NCBI GenBank assembly: GCA_938045065.1
Contig: CALIOA010000068.1
Location: 77,495 to 141,494 of the forward strand
From: an uncultured Collinsella sp.
GTDB taxonomy: Bacteria > Actinomycetota > Coriobacteriia > Coriobacteriales > Coriobacteriaceae
Reading direction: 5' to 3'
DNA length: 64,000 nucleotides
Positions 56,475-64,000 of this stretch are shown here, in pieces; positions within the stretch are counted from its first letter, which is position 1, and every line of letters begins with the position of its first letter. The notes below the pieces were generated by a model. It searched no databases and was not told where the DNA came from. It was given only the letters and a program-made list of their open reading frames with translations. Made by a program: the position numbers and the translations under genes.

Positions 56475-57011
56475 TTAATCCCATGCAGCAATCCACGAAT
56501 CATAATCTCCCTCCAGCCATTCGGGACGCGATTGATACGAAACATCGACCTTGAGCTCAACGTAGCCGCCCTCGGCGGTACCACCCATAGCCTGCGCAAA
56601 CGCACCGATCACAGGCAACGGCTTGACCTCGCCGGAAACGGACACGGACGAGACGCCACCCGCACCGGCCCGGCCAAGCTCGATATCCCACGACAACGGC
56701 CCGCCGGCATGAAAGATCGAAACGTTGGGCACTGCGGCAAGCCGGCGGCGGGTGAACTCCTTAAGATCGTCGTCCTCCGCCGTCGTCGTGGTCATGAGCC
56801 GCGCGGTCTCGGCGGCGGCAGACTCCATGACCGCGCGCGTATAAAGCAGCCACACCGGTTGCAGTGCGAGAAGGATGAGCGTCAGAAACGTCGGCAGCAA
56901 AAAAGCGGCCTCGACCGTAGACTGCGCCCGGTCCTCGCGCGCGATATCAATACAACGCGATGTCCTTAGCGCCCGCAGCGGCGTCGATAACCGACGTCGA
57001 GGCAACGCCAT
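56475..57011 (-). CDS. TadE-like pseudopilin (start uncertain)
   Basis: REDRAQSTVEAAFLLPTFLTLILLAL motif. The annotated start overlaps the upstream small gene; a downstream alternative start is possible. Confidence 0.5.
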   Translation of the reverse strand: MALPRRRLSTPLRALRTSRCIDIAREDRAQSTVEAAFLLPTFLTLILLALQPVWLLYTRAVMESAAAETARLMTTTTAEDDDLKEFTRRRLAAVPNVSIFHAGGPLSWDIELGRAGAGGVSSVSVSGEVKPLPVIGAFAQAMGGTAEGGYVELKVDVSYQSRPEWLEGDYDSWIAAWD

Positions 57012-57165
57012 GGGATGCCGCCCGCTCAACCAGCGCCGCCAAGCGTCCATCGGTGCCAGCACGCCAAAGTCCCGCAATCGCCAGCACAATCGATAACAGC
57101 GCCACGGTGACGATGGCGTATTCGACGGTCGACTGAGCAGATTCCTCACGCAGGACATCATGCAT
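56947..57165 (-). CDS. small TadE/Flp-like pseudopilin (72 aa)
   Basis: REESAQSTVEYAIVTVALLSIVLAIAGL, trimmed from a longer ORF to MHDVL. Confidence 0.45.
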   Translation of the reverse strand: MHDVLREESAQSTVEYAIVTVALLSIVLAIAGLWRAGTDGRLAALVERAASHGVASTSVIDAAAGAKDIALY

Positions 57166-57166
57166 T

Positions 57167-57730
57167 TCACGACCCCTCCTTTGACTCCGTTGTTTGCGGA
57201 ACCAGACGCACGGCACGCAGGCGGCACGAGGCATCGCCGGTATCCGCGGCAACCGTCACCATATCGACCCAGCCGCGCCCATCGCGCACGATGGCGCCCC
57301 ATACGTTGCCCTTAATATCGAGATAGCCGCTCAGGGCGAGCTGGGCCGTTGGCACCTCGCGGTAGGCGCGTAACATATCCGCCGCTGCCTCGGTCATCGG
57401 TCGGTCCTCGGACCATGCAAGCCGGACCGCAATCGCGTTGTCCTCAGGCAAATCCGTCGCAGTGCCAGACCGCTTGTCGAGCGTCCGCAGAAAGGTTTGC
57501 GCCGTGACAGCGACATCCGAATCGTCCGCATCTCGCATCTCATCTTTTTGAGACGCCACCGCCGAATCTGAGCCCGAATCGAAGGCGGCCCCAGGACGCT
57601 GCTGCCGCGCGGCGTTAAGCCCCCAAAGCACCGCCGCTATCGCCACGGTCAGGCAAGCAAACACCAGCAGCACCCCGATGGGGCGCTCGCCCTCTACAGG
57701 CTGTTGATGCCCTCGCTGATCGCATCCCAT
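57167..57730 (-). CDS. hypothetical membrane-anchored protein in the Tad locus
   Basis: One N-terminal TM helix then a soluble domain; start uncertain (the ATG overlaps the flp 3' end by 37 nt). Confidence 0.45.
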   Translation of the reverse strand: MGCDQRGHQQPVEGERPIGVLLVFACLTVAIAAVLWGLNAARQQRPGAAFDSGSDSAVASQKDEMRDADDSDVAVTAQTFLRTLDKRSGTATDLPEDNAIAVRLAWSEDRPMTEAAADMLRAYREVPTAQLALSGYLDIKGNVWGAIVRDGRGWVDMVTVAADTGDASCRLRAVRLVPQTTESKEGS

Positions 57731-57927
57731 AGCTCTTTAACCTTGCCCTTAAATGCGACGATGGCGATAATCGCGATCACCACGAGCACGCCGACCAAGA
57801 TGGCATACTCGGTGGTACCCTGTGCACTCTCCTCCTGCAGTAGCTCCTTGGCGCGTTGATGAACATGTGCCGCCCGGCAAAACGCCCAGCCCTGGACCTT
57901 GCCAGCAGCGTCAGTCATCGTGTTCAT
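57694..57927 (-). CDS. flp: Flp-family type IVb pilin precursor
   Basis: G/TTEYAILVGVLVVIAIIAIVAF Flp motif (processing Gly then xxEY and a hydrophobic helix). GGGAGGA RBS 5 nt upstream; unusually long (~36 aa) leader. Confidence 0.75.
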   Translation of the reverse strand: MNTMTDAAGKVQGWAFCRAAHVHQRAKELLQEESAQGTTEYAILVGVLVVIAIIAIVAFKGKVKELWDAISEGINSL

Positions 57928-57937
57928 GTATTCCTCC

Positions 57938-58582
57938 CTACATCATCCCGCCTGCTCCCAGCAGCGGGCCCAATATGGACAGAAGCAACGCCGGCAAGAT
58001 GAGCGTGCCGGTGGGAATCAGCAGCTTGACGGGCGCACGCTCAATCTCGCGCTCGACCGCAGCGCGATGGGCCGCACGGATCTCGCGACTTTGAGCGGCC
58101 AGCGTCTCGGCAAGTGGGGCACCCAGGGCGAGCGCCTGCCCCACCGTGATGGCAAAGGTCTCGAGCGCTCGCACGTCCAGGTCGCGCGCGGCGGCCAACA
58201 ACTCGTCCTCACGCGTGCCCACGCCCACCTTCCACGCCATGCAGGCCCGCTCAAAGCGAAGAGCCAGCACTGACCGGCGGTTGGCGCAGAAAATCTCAAG
58301 CGCCGCATCAAACGAAAGACCGGCCGAAAGACCCAAGCGCACAACATCGATCATCTCGGACACTTCGCCGAGCGACACTCGCGCCGGGCCGCCCACTCCA
58401 ACCGCGCCCTTCACTCGCGCGGTCAGGGCATCGACCACTGAGCGACCCGCGGCAGCGACCAGCACCGCCTCGCGCTTGCAGGCCCCTGCGATCTTGCGTG
58501 CATCCGCCCGATCCAAACCCGTCGCGACAAATACACTCAGGGCGCACAGGCAAGCCGCAACTGCAACCGGGGCGCTCATAGC
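57938..58582 (-). CDS. tadC: TadC-like (T2SS-F/GspF domain) pilus assembly membrane protein
   Basis: GspF-like domain with TM helices; start trimmed to MSAPVAV. Confidence 0.7.
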   Translation of the reverse strand, partial: AMSAPVAVAACLCALSVFVATGLDRADARKIAGACKREAVLVAAAGRSVVDALTARVKGAVGVGGPARVSLGEVSEMIDVVRLGLSAGLSFDAALEIFCANRRSVLALRFERACMAWKVGVGTREDELLAAARDLDVRALETFAITVGQALALGAPLAETLAAQSREIRAAHRAAVEREIERAPVKLLIPTGTLILPALLLSILGPLLGAGGMM

Positions 58583-59502
58583 TCCACCCGCATAATGCGT
58601 CGGATAACCACCAGAGCAACGGCATTGAGGGCAAGACCCAGCACCACAGCGCCCACGCCGGCAGGCGTCGCAAGACCGCGACGAAAATCTGCCGAAAGCA
58701 GCGCCAACACCGCGCACATGCCCGCCGGCATCGCCGCGACCATATGCGCAGACATGCGAGCCTGCGACGTCTTGACATCCAGGCGGCGCTTGAGCTCAAT
58801 GCGCTCCCCCACCATGCTCGACGCCTCGGACAGTAAGTCGGCAAGCGGAGCACCGGTGCGCTGAGACACCTTAAGCGCCAAGGTCACAAGCGAAAGGCCG
58901 GGAGCGTCGATGCGCACGAGCAAGTCATCGAGCGCGTCGGTCGCCGAGATGCCGCAATCGATTGCCGCCGCCACCCGCAAAAACTCGGTATGCACCGGTT
59001 CTTGCGCATGAGCGCCCACAAAGCGCATGCCCTGGGCCAGCGAATGTCCCGAGGCAAGCGACATGGAAAGTGCGGTAAACGCCTCGGGCATGGCCTCTTC
59101 TGCATCGTGTTGCTCGCGCCGGCTCTCAAAGCCATCCCGAGCGGCGCCAACGGCAAACGGAGCAACAAGTCCCAAGGCAAATCCGAGGGGCGATAACGAC
59201 ACCATCGTTAGCAAAACGCAGCAGACACCGCTCGATAGCAGCAGAAACGCCAAACGCCCCGAAGCATCCTCGATTGCGAGGCCAAGGCGACGCGCCGGAG
59301 CCAGCGATGCCCACGAACGGGCGATCTTTTTCAGCAGATCGTTTTCCACCAGCTCACGCGGCAGCTTCTCTGCCACCGTCTCGAGCGCCTGACGCGCCAG
59401 CTCCGCCGGCGGTACCTGCGGCACACGAGGTTCCGCCCCGCACGCCGTCGCAACAGAAAACCCTGCCAAACCCCCTACGACGAGGGGCACAGCGACCTCC
59501 AT
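58576..59502 (-). CDS. tadB: TadB-like (T2SS-F/GspF domain) pilus assembly membrane protein
   Basis: GspF-like domain; paired with tadC downstream of tadA. Confidence 0.7.
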   Translation of the reverse strand: MEVAVPLVVGGLAGFSVATACGAEPRVPQVPPAELARQALETVAEKLPRELVENDLLKKIARSWASLAPARRLGLAIEDASGRLAFLLLSSGVCCVLLTMVSLSPLGFALGLVAPFAVGAARDGFESRREQHDAEEAMPEAFTALSMSLASGHSLAQGMRFVGAHAQEPVHTEFLRVAAAIDCGISATDALDDLLVRIDAPGLSLVTLALKVSQRTGAPLADLLSEASSMVGERIELKRRLDVKTSQARMSAHMVAAMPAGMCAVLALLSADFRRGLATPAGVGAVVLGLALNAVALVVIRRIMRVEL

Positions 59503-60803
59503 TCGTCCACCTCCTCTTGTGTGAGCGTCCCCGACCGCAGGCCTTCTGCGATAAACGGCGGCTCGCGGTCAAGCTTCCAGGTGCGCTCGGCGGCATCGAA
59601 AGTCACATAGCGCTCGAGCTCTACGCCGCCCGACGCGGCGCGACGCACCCCCGAATACGAGGAGACGAAACGCCTGCCATCGGCGTGGCGCTCGGACATC
59701 ACGATGCCGTCGAGCGCCATGGCAATCTGCTCCTCGATGAGCTCGCTCGGCAGATCGATGCCATAACGTGCAAGCAACGTCAGACGCACCACGGTCTCCT
59801 GCTCGGAACCCGCATGAAGCGTGGTGAGCGACCCGTCGTGGCCCGTGTTCATGGCCTGCAACATGTCGCAGCACTCGGCACCGCGCACCTCGCCCACCAC
59901 GATGCGGTCGGGACGCATGCGCAGGGCATTGGTCACCAGGTCGCGGATCGTCACCGCGCCCTCGCCCTCAATTGAAGCCTCGCGCGCCTCTAGGCGCACC
60001 ACGTGCGGATGATGCGCAAACTTGAGCTCGGCAGAGTCCTCGATCGTCACGATGCGCTCGCCGGTGGAGATCTCGCATGACAACGCGTTGAGCAGAGTGG
60101 TCTTACCAGATCCCGTGCCTCCCGCAACCGCCAGGTCCTGTCGCAGCGACACCGCGCACGACAGCAGCTGCGCATACCAAAGCGGCAGCGACCCCAGCCC
60201 CACAAGCTCGTCCAGCGAGCAGATACGGTCCGAGAACTTTCGGATGGTGAGAATCGGTCCGTCAATCGCCACAGGCGGAATCACCGCGTTGACGCGATAG
60301 CCCGTTTTGAGGCGGGCGTTGACGATGGGGCTGCGCTCGTCGATACGGCGGCCAAGTGGCGAGATGATGCGGTCGATAAGCACCCGGATCTGCTCATCAT
60401 CCTCAAACGCATGCTCGATGGGGTACAAGACGCCGCCGCGTTCAAAGAAAGCCGAGCGGCAGCCGTTGATCATGATTTCGGTAACGGTGTCGTCCTCGAT
60501 GAGCGGCTGCAACGGCCCCAAGCCCACCACGTCATCCAAAATCTCGTCGATGATAGTCTCGCGCTCGGGCGTCGCGAGATCGGTCGGCTCCTCAACATTG
60601 AGCGCCGCCTCCACCGCGGGACGCAATTCCGAGCGGGCAAGTGCCGGGTCGATATAGGCGCTGATACGCGCCACTTCGTCGTAACCCATGCGGTCCATCA
60701 CGGCGCGCTTGGTGCGTCGTTTCACCGCGCGGCGACGCCCCGCATCTACAGGCGCTGCCGCCGCTGCAGCGCCGGCAGCCTTAATCCTCGTTTGCAGGCT
60801 CAT
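59475..60803 (-). CDS. tadA: TadA/CpaF secretion ATPase
   Basis: Walker [10 protein letters not shown], Asp box, Walker B and His box of the T2SS/T4SS ATPase family. Confidence 0.9.
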   Translation of the reverse strand: MSLQTRIKAAGAAAAAAPVDAGRRRAVKRRTKRAVMDRMGYDEVARISAYIDPALARSELRPAVEAALNVEEPTDLATPERETIIDEILDDVVGLGPLQPLIEDDTVTEIMINGCRSAFFERGGVLYPIEHAFEDDEQIRVLIDRIISPLGRRIDERSPIVNARLKTGYRVNAVIPPVAIDGPILTIRKFSDRICSLDELVGLGSLPLWYAQLLSCAVSLRQDLAVAGGTGSGKTTLLNALSCEISTGERIVTIEDSAELKFAHHPHVVRLEAREASIEGEGAVTIRDLVTNALRMRPDRIVVGEVRGAECCDMLQAMNTGHDGSLTTLHAGSEQETVVRLTLLARYGIDLPSELIEEQIAMALDGIVMSERHADGRRFVSSYSGVRRAASGGVELERYVTFDAAERTWKLDREPPFIAEGLRSGTLTQEEVDEWRSLCPSS

Positions 60804-62452
60804 CGCTGATCACCCTCGCGCGACCAAGGAAGGCGGATACGCGGGCGTTCGGTGCGCATTGCACGGTCGGCGACCATATCGCTCCAAGGGCCGACGGCGC
60901 ACCCCAGTTCCACGAGCATCTCGCGCGTGGCCTCGCGCACGCTGGTCGCAAAAGCGCTGGTCTGCCCCACTGCCTCGTCAGCGCGCCCAAACGCCATGAG
61001 CGCGGCGAGATCCTGCCCGCCATCGGCGATACGAATCTTGGAGCTCAACGCACAGGCAATCTCAAAGCGCATGGCGACGTCCTCGTCTGCCCCGCGCGCA
61101 CCGAACCGGTTGAACACGGCGCTCATGCGCGTGCGCGGCACACCTACTCGACTTGCCAGTTCAATGACGCGCGACGCCGATGTCGCGGACGACACCGCAG
61201 CATCGCCAACGACCAAGCAACGGTCGCTCGCCGCCACCGCAGCCGCCACGGCGTCGCCCCAAAAGACCGAGGTATCGATAAAGACCACGTCGGATTCGCG
61301 ACGCAGAACATCAAGCAGTAGCTCCACCGGACGTGCCATGAGCTCGGCTTGCTCGGGCGCCGCGACGGGACCCCAGAGCGTAACGCCCGGCGCCACGCGC
61401 ATCGATGCGGCCACGATATCCGGCTCGGCAAGCGCGCCCGCCACCGACGGCTCGATAAGTGCCGCCATATCGCGCGGAGCATCGACGCCTAACAAGTCGT
61501 AAAGGTTTCCAAACATCAGGTCCAGGTCGAGCACGGCGGCACGCAAGCCCAACAGCGACGATGTGTGTGCCATGGTGGCAATGATCGTCGACTTGCCGCA
61601 ACCGCCCGAACCCGAAATGGCGCAGATGACCGGAGCTCGATGCTGCGGAGCGGCAGCGTCTGCCGGCGGCATCGGAGGCGGCGGGGCGGGCGTCGGTGAC
61701 AGCGTCCCCGTCTCCCCCGCCGCAACCACACGCTGCGTCCAAGCCGGCATGGCAGCTTGTTCGGTCTGCGAGGCAGGCTCGTTCTGTGCAATCTGCTCAT
61801 GCTGCATCAGCGACAACTCGCCGCACCCGGCAAAGCCCTCAACTTCGTCGAGTTCATCCGCCAGATTCACGCCGTGCACGTATCCCATATCTACAGCCGG
61901 GGAGTCGCCAGCATGCTGCGCCGGCTCTCCAGCGTCATCGTATACAAGGGGGTTCCGGGGGCGCCGACCATGCTCGGCTTCCGCTTTTCCATAATCATCA
62001 ACACGCGGGCCTCTTGTAGCGCGAGGCGCCCCGGGTTCCCTATCAACAAAAGCATCGGGCTCAATCGTCATGCACCGATCGGAATCAACCGCTCCCTCGC
62101 CCGCGCGCCCGTTGCCGCATATACTGTGCGCAGCGATGACCTCGGTCGCCCCTGCGCGAAACAGCCCCTCGATATCCGATGGATCGAGTGCTTCTATCAA
62201 CACGACCACGCGACTCACGCGGCCTTCGGCCGTCAGGCGCGCAACAGTCTTGCGCACATCTTCGGTATCAAACAGAGACGCCGCGATGATGGCAGCCCCG
62301 CGGCGCGACGGAAACGCCCGCGCCATGGAAACCAGCCCGTCCAGGTCACCCACGCGAAGCACCTGTGCACCCGTATCACGGCCCTCGACTTCCCGCTGCA
62401 ACAGCCCGTAATCGCCGCACGCGCAGCACGCAAGCCAGATCGCCTTCATCAC
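60800..62452 (-). CDS. tadZ: TadZ/CpaE-like pilus assembly protein (receiver-like N-terminal domain plus ParA/MinD-like ATPase domain with a long Pro/Ala-rich linker)
   Basis: Deviant Walker A ICAISGSGGCGKST of the ParA/MinD type; position upstream of tadA. Confidence 0.75.
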   Translation of the reverse strand: MMKAIWLACCACGDYGLLQREVEGRDTGAQVLRVGDLDGLVSMARAFPSRRGAAIIAASLFDTEDVRKTVARLTAEGRVSRVVVLIEALDPSDIEGLFRAGATEVIAAHSICGNGRAGEGAVDSDRCMTIEPDAFVDREPGAPRATRGPRVDDYGKAEAEHGRRPRNPLVYDDAGEPAQHAGDSPAVDMGYVHGVNLADELDEVEGFAGCGELSLMQHEQIAQNEPASQTEQAAMPAWTQRVVAAGETGTLSPTPAPPPPMPPADAAAPQHRAPVICAISGSGGCGKSTIIATMAHTSSLLGLRAAVLDLDLMFGNLYDLLGVDAPRDMAALIEPSVAGALAEPDIVAASMRVAPGVTLWGPVAAPEQAELMARPVELLLDVLRRESDVVFIDTSVFWGDAVAAAVAASDRCLVVGDAAVSSATSASRVIELASRVGVPRTRMSAVFNRFGARGADEDVAMRFEIACALSSKIRIADGGQDLAALMAFGRADEAVGQTSAFATSVREATREMLVELGCAVGPWSDMVADRAMRTERPRIRLPWSREGDQR

Positions 62453-63123
62453 TCGTCGCCTCCGCTCTTTTTGCCGCGCGCCGTGGCGGGAATCGTCAAG
62501 CTGACCGTTCCCTTGCCCGATGCCCCCAGCAGTTCCTTGACGTCTTCGGGGTCAGCCGCCAGCGTCACCCATTCGATCTTGCCCTCGCGCGTGGCACCGG
62601 AATCTTCACTGGTATCGATCACGTACGCGCCGCACAACCGATCGGTTACGCCGTCTTTTTGCACATACACATCCACGTAGCTGCCCACGCCCGTAGCACC
62701 GCCGACCGAGTGCTCGGCATCGACCGCCACCGAAACGGCGACCTTGCCCTTAGGCACCTCGAGCTTGTGACTCTCGGCCTTGGTGTAGACATTGCAGATC
62801 ACGGCGTTTTTGGGAATACGCGAAGTCGTCACGTCGCCGCGCACCTGGCGCAGCTCGGTCGCCGCGTCACGCGGCAACAGGCTCGTCAGCCATTCCTGGG
62901 TTATGACATTGGTCTCATCGAGGGTCTCGCCCACATCGATATCGCGCGCCGCGACGCATACCTCGACGCGATCGTCACCGTACTTGGCCAAGGTCTCAGC
63001 CTGGACCTGTTCGGCTTGCGAGCGGATCGACGAGCCGTAAACCATGCAGAGCAGAGCAGCGAGCACGCCCGCGACCAGACTGATGGCGATGCGTTTGCTC
63101 TTGTTCACGGCCGCTCCTCTCAT
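62449..63123 (-). CDS. cpaB: CpaB/RcpC-like Flp pilus assembly protein (SAF domain)
   Basis: N-terminal TM helix and SAF-like domain; first gene of the Tad operon. Confidence 0.75.
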   Translation of the reverse strand: MRGAAVNKSKRIAISLVAGVLAALLCMVYGSSIRSQAEQVQAETLAKYGDDRVEVCVAARDIDVGETLDETNVITQEWLTSLLPRDAATELRQVRGDVTTSRIPKNAVICNVYTKAESHKLEVPKGKVAVSVAVDAEHSVGGATGVGSYVDVYVQKDGVTDRLCGAYVIDTSEDSGATREGKIEWVTLAADPEDVKELLGASGKGTVSLTIPATARGKKSGGDE

Positions 63124-63360
63124 GGCAGTGCCGGGCGAATGCCCGTACCACCATTGTCTGGGCGGTCAGAGTGCAAAGCGGCGCAATCGCGATCTTGGTT
63201 TTCGATGTCAAACCAATCGCTGACCAAAAGCTGACCAGCCCGTCAAGCTCGTGGCAAGGTTTTGGTCAGCACGTCAACAAACTGCATGTTTCGAGGCTTT
63301 TCCGCAGGAAAAAAGCCGTCTCCCGAACAGTTGGGAGACGACTGTCATAGGAAAAATCAA

Positions 63361-64000
63361 TTACAGATGAACATCGGGATCGAGCATTTGAGCGCTCACG
63401 CGCATGGATGACGCCAAGTTTTGGAACGTTTCCAGACGCAGACTGTCGATCTGCCCGGCGTCCTCGGCCTCGCGAACGGCGCAACCCGGCTCATGGGTAT
63501 GTGTGCAATCGCCAAACCGGCACGCGCGCGATGCCTCGACAATCTCGGGGAAGGCGCGCGCCAGACCCCGCTCGTGACCCACGAGCGGTAGGCTGCGCAG
63601 GCCCGGGGCATCGGCGATCACACCGGCGTCGCCCGGCAGCGCCACCATCACGCGCGCGACGGTAGTGTGACGGCCCTGGTCGTCGCGTTCGCGCACACCG
63701 CCGGTCGCCAACGTATCGTGGCCCAGCAGTGCATTGAGCAGCGTCGACTTGCCGGCACCCGACTCGCCCAGAATCATGGCGCAGCTCCCGGCAGGCACGC
63801 AGGCACGGACCTCGTCTAGGCCGCGGCCCTCGGCAGAGGACGTAACGATCACGCGCACGTCCGGACCCACCAGGCGGCGCACGCGGTCCAGATCGCGCTC
63901 GAGCTCCTCGGCATCGCAGCGGTCAGCTTTGGTGAGCACCACCACCGGCTCGGCATCGCAGTCGAGCGCCAACACCAGCGAGCGCGCCACGCGGTCGAGC
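63361..64000 (-). CDS. rsgA: ribosome small-subunit-dependent GTPase A, C-terminal part (gene continues beyond the window end)
   Basis: G1 motif GESGAGKSTLLNAL and the C-terminal zinc-finger cysteines C..C.H..C of the RsgA/YjeQ family. Confidence 0.8.
   Translation of the reverse strand, partial: LDRVARSLVLALDCDAEPVVVLTKADRCDAEELERDLDRVRRLVGPDVRVIVTSSAEGRGLDEVRACVPAGSCAMILGESGAGKSTLLNALLGHDTLATGGVRERDDQGRHTTVARVMVALPGDAGVIADAPGLRSLPLVGHERGLARAFPEIVEASRACRFGDCTHTHEPGCAVREAEDAGQIDSLRLETFQNLASSMRVSAQMLDPDVHL

Overview
High-GC (~62%) chromosomal segment of a Gram-positive, Actinomycetota-like organism (Coriobacteriia- or Bifidobacterium-like, judged from codon usage and gene content). Most genes lie on the minus strand.

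Gene content in order:
- A divergent lacZ (GH2 beta-galactosidase, 5' part) and lacI pair, with three LacI-type operator palindromes between them.
- aspS and serB.
- A lactate-racemase (lar) cluster: larB, a LarC1-only larC, a TetR regulator, larD (aquaglyceroporin) and larA.
- ppc, hisS, a truncated MFS fragment, an M20 amidohydrolase, an EamA transporter, and two tandem YhgE/Pip membrane proteins.
- An IS110-family insertion whose ~75% GC stands out from its surroundings.
- htpG, a GNAT acetyltransferase, a cpsC/cpsD/cpsB (Wzd/Wze/Wzh) module, and a PhoR/PhoP-like two-component system next to an orphan pstB.
- A second two-component system divergent from an S11 DD-carboxypeptidase.
- tRNA-Ser, an 813-aa orphan protein, three tRNA-Arg, serS, proC, rlmH, an SPFH protein and tRNA-Leu.
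- tatD, rsmA, metG, rsmI, a GH5 hydrolase, tRNA-Phe and a BrnT/BrnA-like toxin-antitoxin pair.
- A complete Tad/Flp pilus locus: cpaB, tadZ, tadA, tadB, tadC, flp, several tadE-like genes and a large tadG-like gene.
- The 5' end of rsgA.

The most unusual feature is a family of ~140-150 nt structured repeat elements found only beside tRNA genes: nine copies or fragments at four loci (Ser, 3x Arg, Leu, Phe).
- Each copy lies between intrinsic terminators, ends with an exact duplicate of the last ~14-20 nt of the neighbouring tRNA, and starts with a T-arm-like segment.
- A core hairpin AAACGC-loop-GCGTTT is shared across all loci, while the flanks match the local tRNA.

Two further repeat families stand out. 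One is tandem arrays of GGG-N6-TTTCC hairpins in which the stems vary with compensatory changes. The other is a pair of ~126-bp palindromic elements, conserved at the centre and covarying in the outer arms, that bracket larD-larA.
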